From a virus (Duplodnaviria; Heunggongvirae; Uroviricota; Caudoviricetes), in the IMG/VR virus record IMGVR_UViG_3300045988_149344: DNA of 51,994 bases. One strand, 5' to 3'. Numbering within the stretch: the first letter of the stretch is position 1; the number at the start of each line of letters is the position of its first letter. The notes beneath the pieces were generated by a model. The model was not told where the DNA came from and searched no databases. It saw nothing but the letters and a program-made list of their open reading frames with translations. Of this stretch, positions 11,015-19,038 are shown piece after piece. The position numbers were made by a program, and so were the translations under genes.

Positions 11015-11491
11015 TCATTTGCCTCGTTTAATACATCCATCCATTTTGGCTTGTTGATACAACTTACTTAGCCCAGAAAGAGGGAATGTAGCAATTTTTT
11101 CATTATCAACATAAGCATCAATCATATTAGCATTTGAATCTGCTGCATCTTGCCAAAAGGCATACCACCAAGAATCTCCAACCATTGATCCAAGATTGCT
11201 AAAAGGATATTGATCACCATCTATAGTTAATACTATTTTATTCTTGTCAGCATTATACTCTTTTTTATTATTCGACGAACTTAGCAACAAGCCTAAACTA
11301 CCTGCACTATCTGGTGAACCATACATGAATCCCATATCACATAAAAAACTTATCTTATCACCATTATGATTATGGATTGTATATTCTCTCCCCCCTCTCT
11401 CTTCAATTACATTCCATTGTAGAGGATCAATTTTTGCAAATGTTCCTGCTGAAACTAACGATACAAATAATAAAAACCATCTCATATTCAT
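11015..11491 (-). CDS. Secreted/periplasmic protein with signal peptide (158 aa)
   Basis: N-terminus MNMRWFLLFVSLVSAGTFA is a typical Sec signal peptide; AT-rich; two Cys residues in the mature part. Confidence 0.45.
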   Translation of the reverse strand: MNMRWFLLFVSLVSAGTFAKIDPLQWNVIEERGGREYTIHNHNGDKISFLCDMGFMYGSPDSAGSLGLLLSSSNNKKEYNADKNKIVLTIDGDQYPFSNLGSMVGDSWWYAFWQDAADSNANMIDAYVDNEKIATFPLSGLSKLYQQAKMDGCIKRGK

Positions 11492-11513
11492 TCTTTTCGC
11501 TTCTTATCTGTAA

Positions 11514-11864
11514 TTATTCTGCAATATCATTTGCCCATTGCACGGCAGCAAAATGAGTACCCAAACCACTCAGGAAAGCAATTACCCCCAAAACAATACT
11601 TGCTGCTGTTGATTCAAACAAAGTACCAATACTATAGCCAATAGCTCCCCATACTAAGCTAAATACAATCATCAATGGTATTGCTAGAAATTTTATTCTT
11701 AAACTAAAAATCAGTCCAAGAAAAGAACCGCCAAAGGCCCACCATGATTTAGACATTAAACCTATCAGTATTGACAGAATTCCTATTTCAATAAAGAGAA
11801 TATTAGATTGCTCTTCATTGAATTTCGCATTTGTTACACCTTTACGAACATGTTCAGATGACAT
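11514..11864 (-). CDS. Small multi-pass inner-membrane protein (116 aa)
   Basis: Three to four hydrophobic helices; AGGAG ribosome binding site upstream of ATG at 11864-11862; first gene of an AT-rich three-gene unit. Confidence 0.45.
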   Translation of the reverse strand: MSSEHVRKGVTNAKFNEEQSNILFIEIGILSILIGLMSKSWWAFGGSFLGLIFSLRIKFLAIPLMIVFSLVWGAIGYSIGTLFESTAASIVLGVIAFLSGLGTHFAAVQWANDIAE

Positions 11865-11913
11865 GATTAACTATCTCCTGCCACAGATAAAACGCCTTAA
11901 AATAACATTTTGT

Positions 11914-11942
11914 AGCATAAAGTTTCACCATGCAATGGTCAA
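11914..11942 (-). promoter_or_regulatory. Sigma70-like promoter for the AT-rich module (-35 TTGACC, 17-bp spacer, -10 TATGCT)
   Basis: Read on the minus strand: TTGACC (11942-11937), 17 nt, TATGCT (11919-11914), about 45 nt upstream of the 116-aa gene RBS. Confidence 0.35.
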
Positions 11943-11953
11943 AATCTTTGACC
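11937..11953. promoter_or_regulatory. Perfect 17-bp palindrome GGTCAAA-ATC-TTTGACC overlapping the -35 box
   Basis: Exact inverted repeat; each half contains a TTGACC hexamer, one per strand, in the divergent region between the AT-rich module and immI. Confidence 0.4.
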
Positions 11954-12010
11954 CATATCAATTAAACTCATACATTTTAGTTACCAGAGAAATAATTTAC
12001 ATGGTTGCAA

Positions 12011-12027
12011 GTTGCTCTAATTATTTT
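12011..12027 (+). promoter_or_regulatory. C1 repressor operator-like site (14/17 match), candidate Op51
   Basis: GTTGCTCTAATTATTTT versus consensus ATTGCTCTAATAAATTT; located upstream of the icd-ant region. Confidence 0.4.
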
Positions 12028-12099
12028 ATTTTTTTAGCTTCATATGCTACATTAACTTGCTTGCGTGCTAATGCATTTTCGGTTTATCCTAAACAGGCA

Positions 12100-12176
12100 T
12101 CTTAGTAACACGGATGCCGGGATTGGAACCCCGGATAATGCAAAAGGCGACATAGACGCCAAAAGCGTCTTTTTTT
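12100..12176 (+). ncRNA. Candidate c4-like antisense RNA of immI (boundaries uncertain)
   Basis: About 75-nt structured segment upstream of icd: hairpin CCGGGATTGGAACCCCGG, then hairpin AGACGC-CAAAA-GCGTCT plus T6 (12154-12176). The loop sequence GATTGGAACC recurs at 12305-12314, and GTTCCAACC, complementary to GGTTGGAAC and one mismatch from the loop complement, lies at 12276-12284. Confidence 0.3.
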
Positions 12177-12361
12177 GTGTCATGCCATCGCACAACCATA
12201 CGTAGCACATAGCTCCGAGATCAATGGTAGTGCTGGCTGGGCTGCCGAAAGGCAGGCCGGTTCCCTTTTGCGCCGGTAGTTCCAACCCAGTCAGTGCTAC
12301 CGCCATTGAGATTGGAACCTCACGCGGTAGCTCCTTAAATTAGCAAAAGGAGGCTGCCATT

Positions 12362-12583
12362 GTGGCTACTATCCCTACCCCTACTCATCCTGAATTTATC
12401 TGGCGCTTTTACTCCTGCCAAAAACACCACTATCACTTCGTTATCGCAGCAACAGAAGACGAAGCACGCTCTCAATTGCCTGATGGCCCCTGCATTTTTA
12501 CTGCCCGTTTTTCAACTAACTCGCGCAATTCACTTAGTTACTGGAGCCTCCCCTTCTCTGCCGACGTTCAGGGGGGTTTATGA
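12362..12583 (+). CDS. icd: Icd-like small protein (73 aa), GTG start, overlaps ant start
   Basis: 73-codon ORF ending 4 nt after the ant ATG (translational coupling), as in P1 immI. Confidence 0.5.
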   Translation: MATIPTPTHPEFIWRFYSCQKHHYHFVIAATEDEARSQLPDGPCIFTARFSTNSRNSLSYWSLPFSADVQGGL

Positions 12584-13989
12584 AAACACCTCTCGTCACC
12601 CGTAATGAAATAGCCGAAGCGATCGCCTTGCATACTGCCTGTATGCCGACACGGGAGATCCCCGGCGCAATTGCTAACTATTTCATGATAACCAGACGTT
12701 TTTATACCCGAACAGATAAGGCTGTGATCAACAGGCTACTGATAGCCGAGATCAGGGATTATTTGATTGAACAAGGACGTCTACGTTACGCAACAGTGGC
12801 AGCAGAAATGAGAAAGGAGGCACATAGAATGACCGGTAATAATTTAAATGTTGAAAAAACAGCACCTGTTGCTTCAGCTACGCCATCACCAGCTGTGAAT
12901 GTTATCTCCAACACTGGAGACACAATCGACAGCCAGACACTGTTAAAGATGGTCAATGAAGCGCGTAAGTTATGTGGGGAACCAGAGGTTCGGAACAACA
13001 AATTCATCGAAAAAATACTCGACGAATTAGAAGGTGAGGACGGTTACACAAAAAGTGCAACCGTGCCGCCAGGTGGCGGTACGCCTATGGTTGTCATAAC
13101 CATGACCTACAAACAAGCCCTGCGAGTTGCCGCGCGCGAGTCAAAAGCGGTCCGCCGTTCGCTACATACCATGATTCAGGCATTGGAACCTATAAATGTT
13201 GAAAATCATCCTGATGAAATTCCCGTTCTGGAATGGCAGGGAGTACGCGTCGTGACAACCGAGACTCTTGCTAGAGGGTATGGCACTACACCTACTCGTA
13301 TTCAGCAGAACTACAATCGCAATGAAGAACGATTTGTAGAGGGTAAACACTTCTTTAAAATCAAAGGAGATGAGATAAAAAGTTTGCGACTATCTTTTAG
13401 CGAGTTGCAAATTTCCCCCAAGACCAGATCCTTAATACTCTGGACCGAACGCGGAGCGGCACGCATGTCTAAGATCGTAGACACAGAGCAAGCGTGGGCA
13501 TTCTTTGAAAAACTGGAAGACAGCTACTTCCGGCAAAAAGAACAGCAACCGGTCGCAATCCCCCAGACGCTTCCCGAAGCTCTGCGCCTGGCTGCCGAGC
13601 TGGCTGAACAAAAGCAGCTACTGGAACAGAAAACCCACCAGCTAAATCAACAGCTGGTGGCCGCAGCCCCTAAAGTCGATTTTGCCGACCGGGTATCAGC
13701 GGCTAATGGAATCCTGATCGGGAACTTTGCAAAGGTCGTTGGACTTAAGCAAAACGCCCTTTTCTCATGGTTGCGCCAGAACGGCATTCTCATGGCTTTT
13801 GGTGCGCGCAAAAACGTACCGCGCCAGCAGTACATTAACGCCGGGTATTTCACGGTGAAAGAAGTGGTGCTGGATGATGAAAATGGCTACCAGATACGGC
13901 TGACGCCCCAATTAACGGGTAAAGGCCAGCAGTGGTTAACTCGCAAGCTACTTGATGCTGGTTTGTTAAAACCAGTAGCAATAGGTTAA
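12580..13989 (+). CDS. ant: Antirepressor Ant (469 aa) with Bro-N/ORF6N-like middle and KilAC-type C-terminal domain
   Basis: C-terminal 130 aa nearly collinear with the KilA C-terminus (PEALRLAAELAEQKQ...GKGQQWL); immediately follows icd. Confidence 0.7.
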   Translation: MKTPLVTRNEIAEAIALHTACMPTREIPGAIANYFMITRRFYTRTDKAVINRLLIAEIRDYLIEQGRLRYATVAAEMRKEAHRMTGNNLNVEKTAPVASATPSPAVNVISNTGDTIDSQTLLKMVNEARKLCGEPEVRNNKFIEKILDELEGEDGYTKSATVPPGGGTPMVVITMTYKQALRVAARESKAVRRSLHTMIQALEPINVENHPDEIPVLEWQGVRVVTTETLARGYGTTPTRIQQNYNRNEERFVEGKHFFKIKGDEIKSLRLSFSELQISPKTRSLILWTERGAARMSKIVDTEQAWAFFEKLEDSYFRQKEQQPVAIPQTLPEALRLAAELAEQKQLLEQKTHQLNQQLVAAAPKVDFADRVSAANGILIGNFAKVVGLKQNALFSWLRQNGILMAFGARKNVPRQQYINAGYFTVKEVVLDDENGYQIRLTPQLTGKGQQWLTRKLLDAGLLKPVAIG

Positions 13990-14002
13990 CAAAAGAAAAA
14001 AA

Positions 14003-14028
14003 CCTGCCAGCAAACTGGCAGGTTTCTG
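14003..14028 (+). terminator. Hairpin terminator-like element after ant
   Basis: CCTGCCAG-CAAA-CTGGCAGG followed by TTTCTG; the T-tract is short. Confidence 0.4.
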
Positions 14029-14067
14029 AGCAGATCGTCCAACCCGATCTGGATCGAGCCAGAAAAA

Positions 14068-14084
14068 TTTGCTCTAATAAATTT
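14068..14084 (+). promoter_or_regulatory. C1 operator (16/17) upstream of kilA-repL, candidate Op53
   Basis: TTTGCTCTAATAAATTT, 70 bp upstream of the kilA start. Confidence 0.6.
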
Positions 14085-14153
14085 CGTTTTCTAAGTGCAA
14101 AGAATCACCATTTCGAGCTGGTGATTGAAGGTTGATGCAAATTTGGAGAAAAA

Positions 14154-14954
14154 ATGCAACAAACATTCAATGCGGATATGAATATATCAAACCTTCATCA
14201 AAATGTCGATCCTTCAACCACTCTGCCCGTTATTTGTGGTGTTGAAATTACGACCGACCGCGCTGGCCGTTACAACCTTAATGCTCTACACAGAGCGAGC
14301 GGACTCGGTGCCCATAAAGCGCCAGCTCAATGGCTAAGAACGCTGTCAGCTAAACAGCTCATCGAAGAGCTTGAAAAAGAAACTATGCAGAATTGCATAG
14401 TTTCGTTCGAAGGCCGTGGCGGCGGCACTTTTGCCCATGAATTGCTCGCTGTGGAGTACGCAGGCTGGATTTCTCCCGCGTTTCGGCTGAAGGTAAACCA
14501 GACATTTATCGACTATCGAACCGGAAGATTACAACCTGCTATTCCGCAGAGTCTCCCTGAAGCTCTCCGTTTGGCTGCCGACCTGGCAGAGCAAAAGCAA
14601 CGGCTGGAGCAAAAAATGCTTATGGATGCACCTAAAGTCGAATTCGCTGAACGCGTTGCTACCGCCAGCGGGGTTCTAATCGGCAACTATGCCAAAGTGC
14701 TCGGCCTGGGCCAAAACTATCTCTTCACCTGGTTGCGTGATAACGGAATTCTGATCGCAACCGGTGAACGCAGGAACGTCCCCAAACAAGAATACATATC
14801 CCGTGGGTATTTCACCCTTAAAGAAACCGTGATCGATACAAGCAATGGAAGCAGGATTTCTTTCACGACTCGTATAACCGGCAAAGGTCAGCAGTGGCTG
14901 ATGAAGCGATTGCTTGATGCTGGTGTGCTGGTACCTGTCGCGGCAACGCGCTAA
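14154..14954 (+). CDS. kilA: KilA (266 aa), KilA-N domain protein
   Basis: 266-aa ORF with GGAGAAAAA ribosome binding site; N-terminal KilA-N-like region; C-terminal domain shared with Ant; directly followed by repL. Confidence 0.75.
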   Translation: MQQTFNADMNISNLHQNVDPSTTLPVICGVEITTDRAGRYNLNALHRASGLGAHKAPAQWLRTLSAKQLIEELEKETMQNCIVSFEGRGGGTFAHELLAVEYAGWISPAFRLKVNQTFIDYRTGRLQPAIPQSLPEALRLAADLAEQKQRLEQKMLMDAPKVEFAERVATASGVLIGNYAKVLGLGQNYLFTWLRDNGILIATGERRNVPKQEYISRGYFTLKETVIDTSNGSRISFTTRITGKGQQWLMKRLLDAGVLVPVAATR

Positions 14955-14983
14955 CAGACGTAGTAAGAACCACCAGCATTGTA

Positions 14984-15829
14984 ATGCTGGCTAAAGTCAC
15001 TTTCCTGAGCTGTATAACGATGAGCGATTTTACTTTTTCTGGCTATGAATTGGCCTGCTTTGTAACACACTCCGGTCTATCCCGTAGCGCCGGGCATATC
15101 CTGTCGCAATGTGCAAATCTCGCGGCAACAACCAGTGAATACTTCATTCACAAGCCTCACCGCCTGATCGCGGCAGAAACTGGTTATAGCCAATCAACCG
15201 TCGTTCGTGCATTCCGTGAAGCTGTAAACAAAGGAATCCTGTCTGTAGAGATTGTTATCGGCGATCACCGTGAACGTCGCGCTAACCTGTACCGGTTTAC
15301 ACCATCCTTTTTGGCCTTCGCACAACAAGCCAAAAATGCGCTGATTGAAAGCAAATTAAAGATCTCTTCAGCGGCAACCAAGGTTAAAGCTGTTCTCGCT
15401 AAGACATTGGCTTTATTTAATTTTTTATCCACACCCCCATGTCAAAATGATACCCCCTCCCCCTGTCAGGATGACGTGGCAATAAAGAATAAGAAGTCAC
15501 AAGTTAAAAAAACAAAAAGATCAGTTTCCGGCGGTGCCGGAACGAGCAGACTCAAAAAATTGACTTCATGGATCGCTGAGACAAAAGCAAAGGCTGACAA
15601 TCTGCGGTTATCCAAAAAACGCGCACAAAAACATGAGTTCAAGCAGAAAGTAGAGGCGGCAGCGCGGAAATATGCTTACCTGAAGAACAAGCGTTCTCCT
15701 GATATTGGCGGGGTATCAAACTTCGATAATTTGCCGCATTGCATGACGGTAAACGAAGCTCTTAATGCGGTTTTAGCCAAAAATAAAGATAACGAAAAAT
15801 GGGGTATACCGGCAGGATTCAGAGGGTGA
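14984..15829 (+). CDS. repL: RepL lytic replication initiator (281 aa); oriL expected inside the gene
   Basis: 281-aa ORF downstream of kilA in one C1-controlled unit; Lys-rich C-terminal half; arrangement and size match P1 RepL. Confidence 0.7.
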   Translation: MLAKVTFLSCITMSDFTFSGYELACFVTHSGLSRSAGHILSQCANLAATTSEYFIHKPHRLIAAETGYSQSTVVRAFREAVNKGILSVEIVIGDHRERRANLYRFTPSFLAFAQQAKNALIESKLKISSAATKVKAVLAKTLALFNFLSTPPCQNDTPSPCQDDVAIKNKKSQVKKTKRSVSGGAGTSRLKKLTSWIAETKAKADNLRLSKKRAQKHEFKQKVEAAARKYAYLKNKRSPDIGGVSNFDNLPHCMTVNEALNAVLAKNKDNEKWGIPAGFRG

Positions 15830-15879
15830 TAGATTGCTCTAATCTGGAGTCACCTGGCGTTTTCAGTTTGAGGTCGGAG

Positions 15880-16125
15880 ATGCAATCTGATTTTTTACAG
15901 TTAGCGATCGCTTTTGCAGGATATGTTTGTATTGGCTTCTGTGTATACATGATCAGCCGAAAAATGCTTGTCGATATCGACCGCAAAGAACGAGCAGAGG
16001 AGATCTTAGTATGGATTTTCTTTGGCGCGGTCTGGCCATTAGGGATCATGTTTGCTGCAACATTTCTTCTGATGTGGATATTCACCCTTCCAGGTGATTT
16101 CTATAGAAAAAAAGCCAGACATTGA
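15880..16125 (+). CDS. Small two-TM membrane protein (81 aa), downstream of repL
   Basis: ATG at 15880 with a GAGG ribosome binding site; two hydrophobic helices; the track ORF 15799-16125 has no convincing upstream start. Confidence 0.4.
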   Translation: MQSDFLQLAIAFAGYVCIGFCVYMISRKMLVDIDRKERAEEILVWIFFGAVWPLGIMFAATFLLMWIFTLPGDFYRKKARH

Positions 16126-16307
16126 TACAATCGCTGCGGGTGCTTGAGGCTATCTGCTTCAGGCATTACCCGACAAGCAGATAGAAGAAAGCCCCAGATA
16201 ACATTACGCGTCCTGCAAGACGCTTAACATTAATCTGAGGCCATATCTATGCTTAGCATACGTAGATTAGCCCTCTCCCCTTTTTAGGAGCAAGGAATTT
16301 TTTACTG

Positions 16308-16904
16308 CTATGCCGCCTTTCCAATTATGGATTCAGCGACCAGAACAACCCCATGCTTACTTCGATCTGGGTGTTCACTCCATATCTCGGATTCAGGAAT
16401 ACTTACCCCGTCATAGCAAACACGTTCGCCGTCAAACGGGTAATACTGAGCGGCATCGGTGTCGAGGATAAACACTTTTAGCTCGGAAGAGCGACGGGCG
16501 ATGTGTTGCCAAAGAGCTTTTCCACCTTCGTATTGCTCATTATCACTGAGCAAAACAACACCAGCTTTTGAGGCTACGGTTTCGTAAACAAAAGTAGCTA
16601 AACCGACATCCCGGACGGTTCCATCAACCACGATACCTTCAATCTGGGCAACATCGCTATCCTCCCAGAACTTCCTTACCAGTACGCCTTCAAGCTGCGG
16701 GCGACGTTGAAGTTCAAGAGTAGCGACAACCTTATGGCGCATATCACCATCGATAACAGAAGGCGCAGCCTCTATTACAGCTGCAAATGGGGTTTTGGAA
16801 TCCCATATAACCTGGTAAAGCACACCCTGGATGGTAACTCCGTCCAGGATCGAAAATCGACGAGCGACAGTACCCGGGGAGTACGACATTGGAATCACAG
16901 CCAT
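16308..16904 (-). CDS. Hypothetical protein (198 aa)
   Basis: Start set to the internal ATG at 16904, which has an AGGGGG ribosome binding site 9 nt upstream; preceded by an intrinsic terminator and an AT-rich promoter region. Confidence 0.4.
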   Translation of the reverse strand: MAVIPMSYSPGTVARRFSILDGVTIQGVLYQVIWDSKTPFAAVIEAAPSVIDGDMRHKVVATLELQRRPQLEGVLVRKFWEDSDVAQIEGIVVDGTVRDVGLATFVYETVASKAGVVLLSDNEQYEGGKALWQHIARRSSELKVFILDTDAAQYYPFDGERVCYDGVSIPESEIWSEHPDRSKHGVVLVAESIIGKAA

Positions 16905-17031
16905 TTTAGAGTCCCCCTTTAACAGTACAGGCACAAACATCTACCTCAATAATTGTAGTTTATTAGAACATTAATAATCTAACATAAAACTCAAGACAAT
17001 GTTATCGATGCATTCTTATATAAAATAGTTA

Positions 17032-17058
17032 TAAAAAAAGCTCCCGAAGGAGCTTTAA
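17032..17058 (-). terminator. Intrinsic terminator after the tube-like gene
   Basis: Minus-strand AAAGCTCC-TTCG-GGAGCTTT followed by a T-run. Confidence 0.55.
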
Positions 17059-17075
17059 AATACAAGGGATGACTC

Positions 17076-17585
17076 TTAATCCCACTCAATCCAGTTGTAG
17101 ACGATACGAAGTGACGGGCGCACAGCGGCAGTCACATCTTCGGTACTAAAGTCGATTGCATCACTGTAGATTTTGCAGTCCAACATTTCAATTGTTGTAG
17201 CAGCTTTTGTCACAGCGTTAACCCCGGAAGATTTGGATTCAGGGGTAGCAGCCATCGTGATATCAACATAGTCCTTCGCCGCAATGCGATCCTTGATGAA
17301 CTGAAGAATATCGCCTTCGATAGTCTCCACGCACTGGACCTGGATTTCCCCAGAGTTTCGAATTGGTCCGTGCTGGTTGAACTTCACACCATTCGGACCA
17401 TAGTCCTCCACATCCTCGCGTGTCATTTCAGGGATTTGCGACGTGCGAACCAGTACGCTGATATCTTCATGGCCTGCAAAAGTGAGCTGGAATTCAGAAG
17501 ATACCAGTCGTTCGCCTTTGGCCGCGTTGGCAGTATAGCGGCCCTTAATAAATTTACGGTTTCCCTTAGTGTTATTGTGCCCCAT
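17076..17585 (-). CDS. Putative tail tube protein (169 aa)
   Basis: Size and C-terminal end (...LRIVYNWIEWD) resemble T4 gp19-type tube proteins; lies downstream of the sheath-like gene. Confidence 0.4.
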   Translation of the reverse strand: MGHNNTKGNRKFIKGRYTANAAKGERLVSSEFQLTFAGHEDISVLVRTSQIPEMTREDVEDYGPNGVKFNQHGPIRNSGEIQVQCVETIEGDILQFIKDRIAAKDYVDITMAATPESKSSGVNAVTKAATTIEMLDCKIYSDAIDFSTEDVTAAVRPSLRIVYNWIEWD

Positions 17586-17596
17586 ATAAAATCCTT

Positions 17597-18178
17597 TTAC
17601 TGGAACGCCCGAACAATATCGGAGCTGTTATATATCGAAGAACCGGTCAACTGGAGGTTGACGGTGTTTTTCAGGAAATATCCATTACTGTCCCTTGGCG
17701 CATCGAGATCAAAACTTAAGTCCTGGATGGCGACATCGGTGATGTTGATCCGGCGACCAATGTTTAGCGTCACGCGCTCCGGGATTCGACCACCAACATT
17801 GGCCGCTTTTAGTTCCGGGCTAATCATGGCTGTCAACGCGGCGATAGCGCCTGAAACTTCAATGAATGGATTGTTCAAAGCAATGAAAGTTACAGGCAGC
17901 GTGAACGTCGGCGGAGTCCCCCCTTCCCAAACCATTAAGCTATTCCAACGGGCAACCGACGTTGTTTCAGTACCTACTTGCACAAAACCACCCAGAGCAC
18001 CAGAAACAGATCCCATGGACATACCGGTAAACGGCGCTTCCCAATTCTGGGCCATGTTCATTGCCGCTCCCTGGCTGATATATCCGGTAACCTGGTACTG
18101 AGAGTTCGTTAAAGTAACTTTCAGAAATGGCGATACACCGTCAGCCTGGCTGTAAACCCCATAAGGTATAGGTGCCAT
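17597..18178 (-). CDS. Putative tail tube or tail-associated protein (193 aa)
   Basis: Small beta-rich protein between sheath and tube genes; no diagnostic motif. Confidence 0.3.
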   Translation of the reverse strand: MAPIPYGVYSQADGVSPFLKVTLTNSQYQVTGYISQGAAMNMAQNWEAPFTGMSMGSVSGALGGFVQVGTETTSVARWNSLMVWEGGTPPTFTLPVTFIALNNPFIEVSGAIAALTAMISPELKAANVGGRIPERVTLNIGRRINITDVAIQDLSFDLDAPRDSNGYFLKNTVNLQLTGSSIYNSSDIVRAFQ

Positions 18179-18213
18179 TCAAGTTAAAGGCCGGAGTTCT
18201 CCGGCCTCCTCCT

Positions 18214-19029
18214 TTAGCCAAGGCGCTTACGGCGCAGTTTCATTGACTTTTTGCGGGCAAGTTTTGCCGCGCCGGTCTGGGCTTTTCGACGCGCTTTTTT
18301 CAGCGCCGATTTTTGAGCCGCAGTCAGACGTTTTTTACGCAGGCGTTTACGGATGAGTTTGATCTCACCGTTACGAACAACCTTCTTAAATGCTTCAGTC
18401 AGCATTTCATCAGAAGTGCCAGCAACAACAAACGCCGCTTCCAGTTCGTCGCGGTCGTCGCTATCTAAACCAGCGATAGAGGCACCAACATCAGCAGCAG
18501 CGTCGTCGTCTTCATCGTCAGCCAGTGCTTCGATCAGGTCATCATCTACACCGCATGCTGCGAGGAAGTCAGCAACATTTGCCCATGCTTCGTTATAGGC
18601 ATCGTCCTGTTCTTCTGTAACTTCGGAGTCGTCGTCATCAGAGATACCAGCGATAGCCTGAACGAAACCATCAAGGGAGTCGAAAGTCAGATCACCGCTA
18701 TCAGCCCAGGAGAAAACGGCGTCGGCCGCATCACTCAACGCATTCTGCATAGCACTTCGATTTGCAGCTTCTAGAATCATCTGGTGCGCCTGTTCGACGG
18801 TCCATTCTTTACCGTCTTTCCCTTCCAGGATTTGCTCTGGAGCCGGGGCAGATGGAACGTTATCGTTAGTCTGTGCCGCCGGTTCCGGATTATTATTAAT
18901 AACCGGATCTGTTGGCGGTTCGGCGCTTGCTCGGGCAGACTCCATCAGCTGCACAGGATCAGAGTTCAAAGCGAAACGGGACAGTCCATTCCCCAAAAAT
19001 GCCCCGGATTGAAAAAAGTTTTTGCTCAT
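18214..19029 (-). CDS. Acidic protein with polybasic C-terminal tail (271 aa)
   Basis: Asp/Glu-rich body, C-terminus KLIRKRLRKKRL...KLRRKRLG; sits between sheath and tube genes. Confidence 0.4.
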   Translation of the reverse strand: MSKNFFQSGAFLGNGLSRFALNSDPVQLMESARASAEPPTDPVINNNPEPAAQTNDNVPSAPAPEQILEGKDGKEWTVEQAHQMILEAANRSAMQNALSDAADAVFSWADSGDLTFDSLDGFVQAIAGISDDDDSEVTEEQDDAYNEAWANVADFLAACGVDDDLIEALADDEDDDAAADVGASIAGLDSDDRDELEAAFVVAGTSDEMLTEAFKKVVRNGEIKLIRKRLRKKRLTAAQKSALKKARRKAQTGAAKLARKKSMKLRRKRLG

Positions 19030-19038
19030 TGTATTCCC

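Noticed and set aside
12786-13853. Minus-strand ORFs inside ant (12786-13007, 13162-13350, 13647-13853)
   Set aside because: Antisense to a well-supported gene, no ribosome binding sites.
16950-16972. Additional C1 operator (AATGTTCTAATAAACTA, minus strand) upstream of the 198-aa gene
   Set aside because: Only 13/17 matches; could be chance in an AT-rich intergenic region.
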